Below, piece after piece: positions 40,085 to 51,331 of a stretch of DNA of 64,000 nucleotides. The stretch is from Candidatus Aenigmatarchaeota archaeon (GTDB taxonomy: Archaea; Aenigmatarchaeota; Aenigmatarchaeia; GW2011-AR5). Positions within the stretch are counted from its first letter, which is position 1. The number at the start of each line of letters is the position of its first letter. The notes beneath the pieces were generated by a model. The model had not been told where the DNA came from and made no database searches. It saw only the letters and a program-made list of their open reading frames with translations. The DNA lies in contig JBHOSK010000001.1 of assembly GCA_042584825.1 (NCBI GenBank), positions 1,777-65,776 of the forward strand. Direction: 5' to 3'. The translations under genes and the position numbers were made by a program.

Positions 40085-40987
40085 ATGAAAGCAAGAATAT
40101 TGGCAGAACCAGGAGAGTTTCATAAAATAACACAAGATTTTCACTATGCAGGGCTTCGTAATGGTACACTAACGGCAGCAGCAGGGGATTGGGCAGTTAA
40201 TCTAACGGGTCATCTTTACAGAGACGACGAAACAGCATTTATGTTAGATATGCCACAAGAAACAGAATACAACGGAGGCGTAATTGGAGCAACCACCGTA
40301 TGCAATCAAATAATAAGAAATATTGCTAGAGATCCTCCTCTTACAGGGATACCACTTGTTGAAGATCTTAACAGAGCATTAGCTAACAAATACGCAAGAC
40401 TTGGTATAAATGGTTACGAAGATCGCAGAAGAAGAACGTTCCTTGGATATATTGCACACATTCTTGTAAACCCAGATATAATGAATATAACAGCTGTTGG
40501 TGATGTTTGTGTTGCTGCTGACGGGCAAAAAATTGCAGGAAGAACAAAACGAGTAGATATTGTCCATCCAAGATTAAGGGCTATGTACGTAAAACGAACA
40601 GAAGATGTCGATGGTGGGTTTGATCATGTAAGACCATGGATAGATGCACAAACCAGATTTCAAAATACACCAGGCAGTAAAAATTCATTTCCTGCTGTTG
40701 ATGGAACAAAAACACAACCAGAAAGTGAAATTGAATTAATCCAAGCAAAAACACCCGGCCGTTTGCTTATATGGACAGATACATATGTTGATCCAACTGA
40801 TTTTACTATAGAAGGCCTTGAAAGAATGCTTGAACATGTTTATGATGTTGATCCACACAGATTTAAGAGATATCCAGCAGTTGGCTATAATGTTGGTGAC
40901 AGAACCGCTATTGAAATAGATATAGATGGTGACTGGGATAAACTAACTATTGAGAGCGTTGAACCAATATTCTTTAGAGAAAAGTAA
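40085..40987 (+). CDS. Hypothetical protein of atypical (Arg/Gly/Ala-rich, higher-GC) composition
   Basis: 300-aa ORF with good coding signal; composition unlike neighbouring Lys/Ile-rich genes; no motif recognised. Confidence 0.4.
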   Translation: MKARILAEPGEFHKITQDFHYAGLRNGTLTAAAGDWAVNLTGHLYRDDETAFMLDMPQETEYNGGVIGATTVCNQIIRNIARDPPLTGIPLVEDLNRALANKYARLGINGYEDRRRRTFLGYIAHILVNPDIMNITAVGDVCVAADGQKIAGRTKRVDIVHPRLRAMYVKRTEDVDGGFDHVRPWIDAQTRFQNTPGSKNSFPAVDGTKTQPESEIELIQAKTPGRLLIWTDTYVDPTDFTIEGLERMLEHVYDVDPHRFKRYPAVGYNVGDRTAIEIDIDGDWDKLTIESVEPIFFREK

Positions 40988-40988
40988 A

Positions 40989-41279
40989 TTACTTTCCCAA
41001 TGCCCATTCTTTTAGTTTCTCATAATCAGCATATCCGCAGATAAATTTTCCTGTTTTTCGATTTATCAAGAACGGAACACCACCACATTTTCCTGCATCA
41101 AGTTTTTGCCATAATTGTGCATTTTCTGCATTGTGCCATACCTCTACCCTAGTTACTTTTACATTTTCTTCTTGTTCGAGTCTTTGCAAAAACGGTTCTA
41201 TTTTTTTACAGAAATGGCATTCAGTTCCATAAAAATCAACCAAATCACCGAGTTGATCTTCTTTTACAGCTTCAGTCAT
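40989..41279 (-). CDS. Thioredoxin-fold protein (glutaredoxin/NrdH-like)
   Basis: CHFCKK redox motif and size (~96 aa). Confidence 0.55.
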   Translation of the reverse strand: MTEAVKEDQLGDLVDFYGTECHFCKKIEPFLQRLEQEENVKVTRVEVWHNAENAQLWQKLDAGKCGGVPFLINRKTGKFICGYADYEKLKEWALGK

Positions 41280-41344
41280 TAAATCACCTATCTTATAATA
41301 TTTTTTGAAAAAATATAAATAATTCTTCCATCATAATTAATTAC

Positions 41345-41599
41345 ATGGTAAAAACATATATCATACAATATGATCGTGAAGGATGTATAGGAGCAGCATC
41401 ATGTACACACGCTTCAAAAGAATGGGTTTTAGCAAGCGATAGTAAAGCCGATCTAAAAGACAGTAAAGAAGTTGATGAAGATTTATTTGAACGTGAAATA
41501 ACTGAAGCAGAACTTGCTGAGCATTTAGAAGCAGCAAAATCCTGTCCAACACACGCTATAAAAATAATAGAAAAAGAGACAAAAAAGAAAATATTTTAA
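41345..41599 (+). CDS. Ferredoxin-like mono-cluster protein with only three Cys ligands
   Basis: DREGCIGAASCTHA ... SCPTHAI; paralogous in pattern to the 25614 ferredoxin but with the central Cys replaced by Ala. Confidence 0.45.
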   Translation: MVKTYIIQYDREGCIGAASCTHASKEWVLASDSKADLKDSKEVDEDLFEREITEAELAEHLEAAKSCPTHAIKIIEKETKKKIF

Positions 41600-41622
41600 A
41601 CTTTTATCCAAATCTTTATGTT

Positions 41623-42450
41623 ATGAAAAAGCTACTTTTTGGTACAGCTGGTATTCCTATATCTACTTCAGGTGACACCGTACAAGGGATTCATGACGTA
41701 AAAAAGCTGGGTCTCGACAATATGGAGCTAGAGTTTGTGCGCTCTATAAACATAACAAAAGAGCGTGCACCACTTGTAAGCGAAGCCGCAAAGAAAAATA
41801 ACGTTGTATTGACTTGTCATGCACCCTATTACGTTAATCTAAATTCACACGAGAAGCAAAAATATCATGCAAGTATTAATCGTATTCTTTCTTCCGCGCG
41901 CATCGCACACCTTTGCGGAGGATATAGTGTATGTTTTCATGCAGGATATTACATGGGTGACCCCGGAAGTAATGTTCTGAAAAAAATAACAAAAGCAATA
42001 AAAAATATTGTTTCTGTTCTTCAGGACGAATCAATTTCTTTATGGATAAGACCAGAAATATCTGGCAAACCAAGTGCTTTTGGTTCTGAAGAGGAATTAA
42101 TTAAAATAAGTGAAGACGTTGAACAAGTTTTACCTTGCATTGATTTTGCTCATTTACATGCAAGAACAAATGGAAAAAACAACACCTATGAAGAATTTTC
42201 TTCTATTTTAGCACAGATCGAACGACGTTTAGGGAGATCTGCATTGAATAATATGCATATTCACGTTTCTGGTATTGAATATGGGGAAAAAGGTGAGCGT
42301 AAGCATCTTACATTAAAAGAAAGTGATATGAATTACAAAGATTTAATGAAAGCATTTTATGCTTTTAAACTAAAAGGTGTAGTCATAAGCGAAAGCCCTA
42401 ACATAGAGAAAGACGCTTTACTAATGAAAAGAACATACGAGAAGATTTAG
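41623..42450 (+). CDS. Xylose-isomerase-like TIM-barrel protein (AP endonuclease family 2 / sugar-phosphate isomerase fold)
   Basis: FGTAGIP N-terminus and the alternating His/Glu/Asp pattern of the AP_endonuc_2 fold. Confidence 0.4.
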   Translation: MKKLLFGTAGIPISTSGDTVQGIHDVKKLGLDNMELEFVRSINITKERAPLVSEAAKKNNVVLTCHAPYYVNLNSHEKQKYHASINRILSSARIAHLCGGYSVCFHAGYYMGDPGSNVLKKITKAIKNIVSVLQDESISLWIRPEISGKPSAFGSEEELIKISEDVEQVLPCIDFAHLHARTNGKNNTYEEFSSILAQIERRLGRSALNNMHIHVSGIEYGEKGERKHLTLKESDMNYKDLMKAFYAFKLKGVVISESPNIEKDALLMKRTYEKI

Positions 42451-42451
42451 T

Positions 42452-42874
42452 ATGACAATAAAATATTTAGAAGACATTGCAATCGCAGATATAGCCTTCG
42501 AAGTAATTAGTGACACAGTCAACAGTTTATTTGAAGAATGTGCTCATGCAGTGTTGGAACAACACGCCGACTTGTCTAAAATCGAAGAAAAAACAAAGAA
42601 AACCATTAATGTAGAAGAAGATGATATAAAACAGCTCCTCTACGACTTTCTTTCTGAGATAATTTACCTGATTGATACAGAATCGATGATATTTAAACGG
42701 GCAGAAGTTTCTATTTCTGAAGACAATAAGAAATTAACCGCCAGTCTTTTTGGTGAAAAAATAGATCGTGATCGCCATGAGCTTAAGGCTGAAATAAAGG
42801 CAATAACGATGCACATGTTTAATGTCGAAAAACGGCAAGACAAATGGTACGCCCATGTTATCGTGGACGTATAA
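42452..42874 (+). CDS. Archease (RtcB ligase activator)
   Basis: About 140 aa; the N-terminal YLEDIAIADIAFEV parallels the archease EHTADIKFRA motif; two genes upstream of rtcB. Confidence 0.7.
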   Translation: MTIKYLEDIAIADIAFEVISDTVNSLFEECAHAVLEQHADLSKIEEKTKKTINVEEDDIKQLLYDFLSEIIYLIDTESMIFKRAEVSISEDNKKLTASLFGEKIDRDRHELKAEIKAITMHMFNVEKRQDKWYAHVIVDV

Positions 42875-42918
42875 AAAAAATCTTTAAATACTCTTTTGTA
42901 TAAGCATCTTATCCCGAG

Positions 42919-43644
42919 ATGATTCGTATGGATAGAGAAAAAAGAATTATAAACACACCACGATTGGCTTTAGTTAATAGAGCAGAATCGACATATGAAA
43001 TGTTACCAAGAATAGTAGCATGTGGACACGCTCCAGCAGACCTCTATACTCAAGCACCAACAATAAGAGAGCTACATAACGCATATTTCGGCAGGGATGG
43101 AGAAGGATGGGAATCTATTGAATATAGACAAGCAGTTCATTCAGAACATGGCTATGGCGAGTGTACTTCAACATTTTTGTTATTTTTACCAGATGGTAGA
43201 GCAGGAGTCATAGAAAGACCAACAGAGCTTTCTCGTCATGGTAAAAAACGGAAACAATATGATAGAAAATGGAAATTAAGACTGTTAACAGAAGCACCGG
43301 TAATAGATATACCAGACGATGGTTTTGTTCTCGAATATAATGGTTATGGTTTACCAGCCAGAACATGTACAAGTAGAAGAGAAGCTAAACAAGCGTTCGG
43401 AGACGACACATCATATTTCTTTGCAAATAATAAATATGGATTGAGAGCAGTAACACGTTCTTTTCCAACTAATAGAAATTTTGGACCATTTTTTATAGAT
43501 GCTACACACGATCCAGCACACAAAAATCAACTCATTGGTGTTCGTCCTATTGTCAGATCAGAACATTTAGTTGATGTAACGTTTAGAGAAGCAGAAATAC
43601 TTATGCGCGAATTTGATGATTGGAAAAGAAAGGAAGCAGCATAA
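42919..43644 (+). CDS. Hypothetical protein of atypical composition between archease and rtcB
   Basis: 241-aa ORF, Arg/Gly-rich; no motif recognised. Confidence 0.35.
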   Translation: MIRMDREKRIINTPRLALVNRAESTYEMLPRIVACGHAPADLYTQAPTIRELHNAYFGRDGEGWESIEYRQAVHSEHGYGECTSTFLLFLPDGRAGVIERPTELSRHGKKRKQYDRKWKLRLLTEAPVIDIPDDGFVLEYNGYGLPARTCTSRREAKQAFGDDTSYFFANNKYGLRAVTRSFPTNRNFGPFFIDATHDPAHKNQLIGVRPIVRSEHLVDVTFREAEILMREFDDWKRKEAA

Positions 43645-43673
43645 GCATAAAAAGTCTTTGATCAAATTCTATT

Positions 43674-45131
43674 TTGATAAATATGCCACCAAAAGAATTG
43701 AAAAAAATAAATGAAAATGTCTGGGAACTTCCAACTAGTTTTAAGAAGGGTATGAATGTTCCTGCAAGAATATATGCAAATGATAAACTGGTAAAAGACA
43801 TGGATGACGGTGTTTTTAATCAAATAACAAACGTTGCATGTTTACCAGGCATCCAGAAATATGCATACTGCATGCCCGATGGCCACTGGGGATACGGTTT
43901 TCCTATCGGAGGCGTTGGTGCATTTGATTTAGATTCTGGAGTAATAAGTCCTGGAGGAATTGGTTTTGATATAAACTGCGGCATGAGATTAGTTACAACC
44001 AATCTGACACTAAAAGACGTAAAACCAAAACTAAAACAACTCGTTGATGAATTTTTCAATACAGTACCATCAGGTATTGGTGGAAAAGGTTTTGTTAAAG
44101 TTAATAAATCTCAATTTGATGACATAATGGTTGATGGATCGAAGTGGTGCGTTGAAAATGGATATGGTGTTCCTAACGATTTCAAACACACCGAGGATGA
44201 AGGATCAATAAAAGGTGCAGATCCATCAAAAGTTTCTGAAAAAGCAGTAAAAAGAGGAATTGCTCAAATAGGGACACTGGGTTCTGGCAACCATTACCTT
44301 GAAGTGCAAGTTGCTGAAGATGTAAATATTTTCAATAAAGAAACAGCAAACGCATTTGGTATAGATAAACCAGATCAAATAGTTTTAATGGTTCATTGTG
44401 GTTCACGTGGATTTGGGCATCAAATAGCAACAGAATATTTGAAAACGTTCATAGATGCTATGCCTAAACACAAGTTAAAATTAATGGAAAAAGAACTTGC
44501 TTGCGCTCCTTTTTCGAGTAAAGAAGGACAGGACTATTACAAAGCAATGGCGTGTGCAGCTAACATGGCTTTTGCAAACCGTCAGGTTATAATGCATCGT
44601 ATTAGAGAAGGATTTTCAAAAATATTCAACAAAAAAGATTTAGAACTAAATCTTGTTTATGATGTTGCACACAACATCGCAAAAATAGAAGAACATAATG
44701 TTGATGGAAAGAAAAAGAAAGTTCTTGTTCATAGAAAAGGTTCTACTCGTTCATTCGGACCAGGTCAAAAAGAATTACCAGAAAAATATAGAAAAACAGG
44801 ACAACCCGTGATTATCGGCGGTTCAATGGAAACAGGTTCTTATCTACTTGCTGGAACAGAAAATGCAATGGATGAAACATTCGGTTCTACAGCTCACGGT
44901 TCAGGTAGAACAATGAGCCGAGCTAAAGCAAGACATATAGTACGTGGTGATAAGTTACAACAACAAATGATGGCAAAAGGAATTTACGTTCGTACATCAT
45001 CAATGTCAGGACTTGCTGAAGAAGCGGGTATTGCCTACAAAAATATTTCAGATGTTATAAGTGCTGTTCACAACGCAGGTATATCAGAGCGCATTGTTGG
45101 GCTTCGCCCAATAGGAAACATAAAGGGATAA
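43674..45131 (+). CDS. rtcB: tRNA-splicing ligase RtcB
   Basis: NCGMRL, HCGSRGFGH and HNHA-type metal/GTP-binding motifs of the RtcB family. Confidence 0.9.
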   Translation: MINMPPKELKKINENVWELPTSFKKGMNVPARIYANDKLVKDMDDGVFNQITNVACLPGIQKYAYCMPDGHWGYGFPIGGVGAFDLDSGVISPGGIGFDINCGMRLVTTNLTLKDVKPKLKQLVDEFFNTVPSGIGGKGFVKVNKSQFDDIMVDGSKWCVENGYGVPNDFKHTEDEGSIKGADPSKVSEKAVKRGIAQIGTLGSGNHYLEVQVAEDVNIFNKETANAFGIDKPDQIVLMVHCGSRGFGHQIATEYLKTFIDAMPKHKLKLMEKELACAPFSSKEGQDYYKAMACAANMAFANRQVIMHRIREGFSKIFNKKDLELNLVYDVAHNIAKIEEHNVDGKKKKVLVHRKGSTRSFGPGQKELPEKYRKTGQPVIIGGSMETGSYLLAGTENAMDETFGSTAHGSGRTMSRAKARHIVRGDKLQQQMMAKGIYVRTSSMSGLAEEAGIAYKNISDVISAVHNAGISERIVGLRPIGNIKG

Positions 45132-45133
45132 AA

Positions 45134-45574
45134 ATGGAAATTCGTGCTGCGGTCGAAGACGATTTTAATGCTATTTTAGAATTAATTAAACAACTAACAT
45201 CAAAACCAGAAAAATATAACGATGCTTCACCTTACAGAGAAGCTTTTTTAACAGCACTAAAAAAAGAAGGTACTCACGTTTTTGTTCTTATAGAAGATGA
45301 TAAAGTCATTGGCCACATTAATTTATCACTTTACTGGGATACATGGCATTTAGGAAATGCTGTTTTTGTAGACGCACTAATAATAGACAAAAACCATCGC
45401 GGCAAAGGACATGGAACAAAACTAATAACATTTACAGAAAAGTTTGCAAAAGAAAACAATGCAAAAATGATTTATCTCTATACAGAAGATTTCAGAAAAG
45501 TCGCAAAATCTATATATGAAAAAGCAGGCTTCAAAGAATATGATAAAATTTTCTATTTTAAGAAGGTAGAATAA
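45134..45574 (+). CDS. GNAT-family N-acetyltransferase
   Basis: Acetyl-CoA-binding RGKGHGTKL motif. Confidence 0.7.
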   Translation: MEIRAAVEDDFNAILELIKQLTSKPEKYNDASPYREAFLTALKKEGTHVFVLIEDDKVIGHINLSLYWDTWHLGNAVFVDALIIDKNHRGKGHGTKLITFTEKFAKENNAKMIYLYTEDFRKVAKSIYEKAGFKEYDKIFYFKKVE

Positions 45575-45824
45575 TTTACCAAGCATCTTTACCATATATT
45601 AGTTCTCTTGCTGTAGGAAGATCACGACCCTCAACAATACCACTATAATTACCTGCAGCGCACATCCATGTATTATGCACATCAAGCACACCATCACAAA
45701 TCACAGTAGCATAAACTCCATCAATTTGTGGTCTTACACCACTCTGACTTATTACATGTCGTTCAAAATCTCCGTTACTCATAATTATCACAGCTTCTTT
45801 CTATAAACAGAAATGCTTAAAAGA

Positions 45825-47011
45825 CTATCTTCTAGCCAAGAATTCGTCAAACTCTCGTTTTAATCTATCATCTGAACCACCACTATCAAAAACACGATCT
45901 CTGCTAGGATGATCACCTTCGTACCATCTTCTTAATTGTCTTGTAGATGTTTCAGGAAATTCTCCTAAAACATCTATACCAAAACCAACTTCAGCTCCAG
46001 CATCTTTAACAAGTGAACCAGAGCCACGCCCATGACTAACATCTTTGGATGGTCTCGGATAAACGTGCATATGTGTTCTATAATAACGTCTTGAACCATC
46101 CATTTCACCAAAAGGAGCATGATGCCAAGCTGTATTAAGATTTGGTTGTCCACGATAAAAATATGTTGCATTTATTGCACCAAGAGCAGGAACAATAACA
46201 CGTTCTCTAGCATCATGATCCATTTGAAGTACGTGAGAAAAGTCAGCACGTGGAATAACAACAAACTGACCTTCAAACTTTGGACAAAATTCAGAAAGAA
46301 TAACAACATCCCCATTTTCGAAAATAACACGTCTCCCATCCTCTATTTCATGTTTTATTATATCATCAAACATGTTTCTTCCCGTATCTAAAAAATATCT
46401 ACGACTTCTTTCTGCTTCAGCCAAGTGTACAGGAGCATCTGTGAATGTTTGTACAGATCTTTGTGAATGTGGATGTTGTAAAGAAGCACCCGCCCAAGGA
46501 CCCCAATTAGTAAAATCAAGAAAATTCACAACAGTTGGATCAGATTCATGCATTCTATAAAAAAGTTTAGCAAGTTCATATTGTGTGTGTACCATATTCC
46601 TTAAATCATCAAAAGCAAATTGTGATAACAGTTTTTTATGACCTTGTCCGTTTCTTTCAGGATCAAATGGTGGATATATCGTAACCCATTGTGAAGGACC
46701 CCAACCAAAAAGATTCCTAACAGTAACAGAACCATTATCATGAATTATTTTTCTATATTCAGCATCATCGGTGTTTCGCTTTCATAATTACAAAAACGAC
46801 AAGAATCTACAGGTGTTATATCCAGATCTATATTGACACCGGGCTGTCTTTTTGCACGTAAAGTTGAAATAGCACATTGATTATGGTATCCTGTAAAGGG
46901 GCTTAATCTAATTACATAGCCAGTATCTTGTGGGCTACCCGCCAAAGTCATTGGGTATCCCTGACCTTCGAATTCAACAAATAAATCTGATGGTTGTGTC
47001 ATATAAAACAA
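45825..47011 (-). pseudogene. Galactose-1-phosphate uridylyltransferase-like (GalT/Apa2 branch of the HIT superfamily), frameshifted
   Basis: N-terminal ORF (46745..47011) has the RAKRQP and CRFC zinc motif; C-terminal ORF (45825..46595) has HPHSQ; the 149-nt gap between them is not a multiple of 3, so the halves are in different frames. Atypical composition. Confidence 0.5.
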
Positions 47012-47078
47012 ATATTAAAATATCAAACCTTTTATTCATATGCAACGACGATCGGTTATATTATAGGTTATATATAAT

Positions 47079-47162
47079 GCGGGGGTGTCCGAGCGGCCAA
47101 AGGAGCAAGGTTGAGGGCCTTGTGGGTTAGTCCCTACGCGAGTTCGAACCTCGTCTCCCGCA
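47079..47162 (+). tRNA. tRNA-Leu (anticodon GAG)
   Basis: Acceptor gcggggg/ctcccgc, anticodon stem caagg/ccttg with loop ttGAGgg, long variable arm, T-arm gcgagttcgaacctcgt. Confidence 0.75.
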
Positions 47163-47206
47163 AATTCCCCTAATTTTTCATCATGTTTTATATACACAAA
47201 GTTTAA

Positions 47207-47407
47207 ATGAAATGCATGAATAAGAAAGCACTTTCCTATACAATTGAACTTCTTGGATTTGTTTTACTGATTCTTCCACCATTTCAAACATACAGAATGA
47301 TATCATGGGAAGTAATTCCAAATCATTATCTGCTATATGTTTCCACAGCAATAATGATGATTATTGGTATAGTTCTATTATTTTTATCAAGAAAGATGAG
47401 AAAATAA
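47207..47407 (+). CDS. Small two-helix membrane protein
   Basis: 66 aa, two hydrophobic helices. Confidence 0.3.
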   Translation: MKCMNKKALSYTIELLGFVLLILPPFQTYRMISWEVIPNHYLLYVSTAIMMIIGIVLLFLSRKMRK

Positions 47408-47412
47408 AAAAA

Positions 47413-47742
47413 TTATGCACCAGGCCTTCTGTTTGATTCGTATTCAGGTCCTTCTACACACAGTCCTGCTCTACATTCAAGATAATCATTACAATAATCA
47501 TATCCAGTTAGCATACCAAAAGCATCCCTGCCGAAATACTGACAACAAGCTTCTCCTTCATAACCACAAGCTTCTCCTCTCTGTGAATCATAGTATTCTT
47601 CATTACCAGAGTTTGGATCTATGTATTCAAAGTTATCAGGATCATCGTAATAATCTCTTGCAGTAGTTCTGCCTGTTTCTGTACAGCCACTTGCGAAAAC
47701 GACCAACACCACAAGTAAAACTAATAAAATTTTTTTATTCAT
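47413..47742 (-). CDS. Small secreted Cys/Tyr/Asp-rich protein with lipobox-like signal peptide
   Basis: MNKKILLVLLVVLVVFASGC lipobox-like N-terminus followed by an acidic, Tyr- and Cys-rich domain. Confidence 0.4.
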   Translation of the reverse strand: MNKKILLVLLVVLVVFASGCTETGRTTARDYYDDPDNFEYIDPNSGNEEYYDSQRGEACGYEGEACCQYFGRDAFGMLTGYDYCNDYLECRAGLCVEGPEYESNRRPGA

Positions 47743-47795
47743 GTATACAATTCATTACACATTATTTTAAAAACTTATTTTTTGAATCTAATACC

Positions 47796-48065
47796 ATGAA
47801 ACGTGCTCACATGATTGTAAAGGGAAGTGTACAAGGCGTTTCTTTCCGTTCATTTACTCATTCTGTAGCAAATAATCTTAGTATAAATGGTTGGGTTAAA
47901 AATCTTCCACAGGGTGCGGTTGAGATAATCGCCGAAGGTGACGATGATAAAATTGAAAAATTTATTTCAGAAATAAAACAAGGACCATCCGCTTCGCAGG
48001 TTGATGACGTAATAATTGAATGGGAAGATCCAAAAGGCGATAAAGAATTCAAAATATTAATTTAG
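47796..48065 (+). CDS. acyP: Acylphosphatase
   Basis: VKGSVQGVSFRSFT ... GWVKNLPQGAVE motifs; start taken at the internal Met (the ORF-track start at 47691 overlaps the upstream gene). Confidence 0.75.
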   Translation: MKRAHMIVKGSVQGVSFRSFTHSVANNLSINGWVKNLPQGAVEIIAEGDDDKIEKFISEIKQGPSASQVDDVIIEWEDPKGDKEFKILI

Positions 48066-49138
48066 ATAATACCCAATTCTATTGCTTCAATTAACGCAAA
48101 AAGCGCATGCTGATTTCTATCAACCCTAACTGTTCCATCTGTACCAACAAAACCACCTATTGCTTCTTTGGTCCCTTCTGTTATTTGTAAAAGAATAGTA
48201 GCATCCAGACCTTCAATAATAAAATTTTTATAACATTTCTTTCTTTCATTATCACCAGTTATTTCTGCAAGTTCGTAAGCTTGAATAACACCTTCAAGAT
48301 AAACGCCAGTTACAACACCTCTTGAAAAATCATATTTTTCACACAACCCTTCAGGATGGTGTTGTTGTAACATCCAATCATTCATTTCAAATACAAAATC
48401 AGATACCTCTTGGTCTTCTGTAACTTTGTATAATTTATTATACGCTCTAGATTGCCAAGGAACAAACGCCGTGTTCTTGTTACCACGCCAATAATCACGA
48501 TAATGAGGAAACGCTTTTTGTGTTACTTCTAAATATTTTTCATCTCCATTATACTCATACAATGACATTATTGCAAAAAGAGCTTCACCAGGATAGTAAT
48601 CCTGTCCTGTTGACTTATTTGAAAAGAAGTATGTACCTAATGATCCATCATCATTTTGTAAATAAACTATACCGTTTGCAAAACCATTCAAATACGTTTC
48701 TTTTCTTGGATGTTCCATCTCAAGCAACGCCAATATAATAAAAGCCGAATAACCCAACTTTACATTACCTGGTGTGATGTCAAGATAGTAATAATCATAT
48801 TCTGAGTTGTATCCAAAATATTTTTCAAAATATTGAAATCCTTTTTCAGATAGTCTTGTTAATCTTTCATCACCAAGAAAATTTGCACTGTCTGCTATAG
48901 ACCACAAAGAAGCCGCTTCTCTTAATGGATGATGTTCAGCAGGATACAATTCATTTTGTGGATCATATCGATAATAAATAAAATTCTCATCTTGATTATT
49001 TAGAAACCATTCAGCACCAAGTATTATGGATTCTTCATATTTATCTTCTTTTTCATTTTCGTTTATCAAAACGAATGAAGTACCGAAAATTATTATCAAG
49101 ATAATAAGTATAATTTCCATTTTAATTAGTTTTTTCAT
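48062..49138 (-). CDS. Membrane-anchored/secreted protein with predicted alpha/alpha-toroid (terpenoid-cyclase/glycoside-hydrolase-like) fold
   Basis: N-terminal hydrophobic anchor and a Trp/Tyr-rich repetitive helical composition; the assignment is weak. Confidence 0.3.
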   Translation of the reverse strand: MKKLIKMEIILIILIIIFGTSFVLINENEKEDKYEESIILGAEWFLNNQDENFIYYRYDPQNELYPAEHHPLREAASLWSIADSANFLGDERLTRLSEKGFQYFEKYFGYNSEYDYYYLDITPGNVKLGYSAFIILALLEMEHPRKETYLNGFANGIVYLQNDDGSLGTYFFSNKSTGQDYYPGEALFAIMSLYEYNGDEKYLEVTQKAFPHYRDYWRGNKNTAFVPWQSRAYNKLYKVTEDQEVSDFVFEMNDWMLQQHHPEGLCEKYDFSRGVVTGVYLEGVIQAYELAEITGDNERKKCYKNFIIEGLDATILLQITEGTKEAIGGFVGTDGTVRVDRNQHALFALIEAIELGII

Positions 49139-49363
49139 TATAAATCACACATTCGATACCTTTTTAAATATTAAACTTCTATTAATCTTGTTCTATGAGA
49201 CAAGTAATGATGATTCTTGTTTAGAACTGGATAATAAATTTTACTATGGCGGGTAAAAGTTAGATGTTTTATTCTAATCTATATCTGTCATTGTAAAGAC
49301 ACTACAACTCCTGGCTTTTTTCCGGTTGTAGTGAAAATAATGAAGACGTGATAAAAATATTAT

Positions 49364-49384
49364 GTCAGATTGAAGCATAGTTAG
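49364..49384 (+). promoter_or_regulatory. 5' strand of the 16S pre-rRNA processing stem
   Basis: gtcagattgaagcatagttag is the reverse complement (with one short bulge) of 51237..51265 downstream of the 16S. Confidence 0.6.
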
Positions 49385-49431
49385 GTGAAAATTATTAGAG
49401 CAGATCTAACTTTTTAGTGTTCCTTTTACCA

Positions 49432-51144
<1,713 letters not shown>

Positions 51145-51236
51145 ATTTTTTTATTCAATTTTTCTCATCGGAGTAAAAATTGAAAAATACGACACGTGTG
51201 CAATAAGCTAATTGACTTCCGTCAATTAGCGGATCA

Positions 51237-51265
51237 CTAAATAACTATGCTTCAATGAAACTGAC
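51237..51265 (+). promoter_or_regulatory. 3' strand of the 16S pre-rRNA processing stem
   Basis: ctaaataactatgcttcaatgaaactgac pairs with 49364..49384; a perfect 10-bp hairpin gctaattgac-ttcc-gtcaattagc at 51207..51230 lies just upstream. Confidence 0.6.
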
Positions 51266-51331
51266 GTACTATTTTTTATTTTTCACGTCTTTTCTTTTCA
51301 TTTTTAAATAAACTAGACAAACTTAGGTATT

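Noticed and set aside
45576-45791. 71-aa ORF downstream of the GalT-like fragments
   Set aside because: It is compositionally part of the foreign island but has no motif and no obvious partner; probably a remnant. Not called as a gene.
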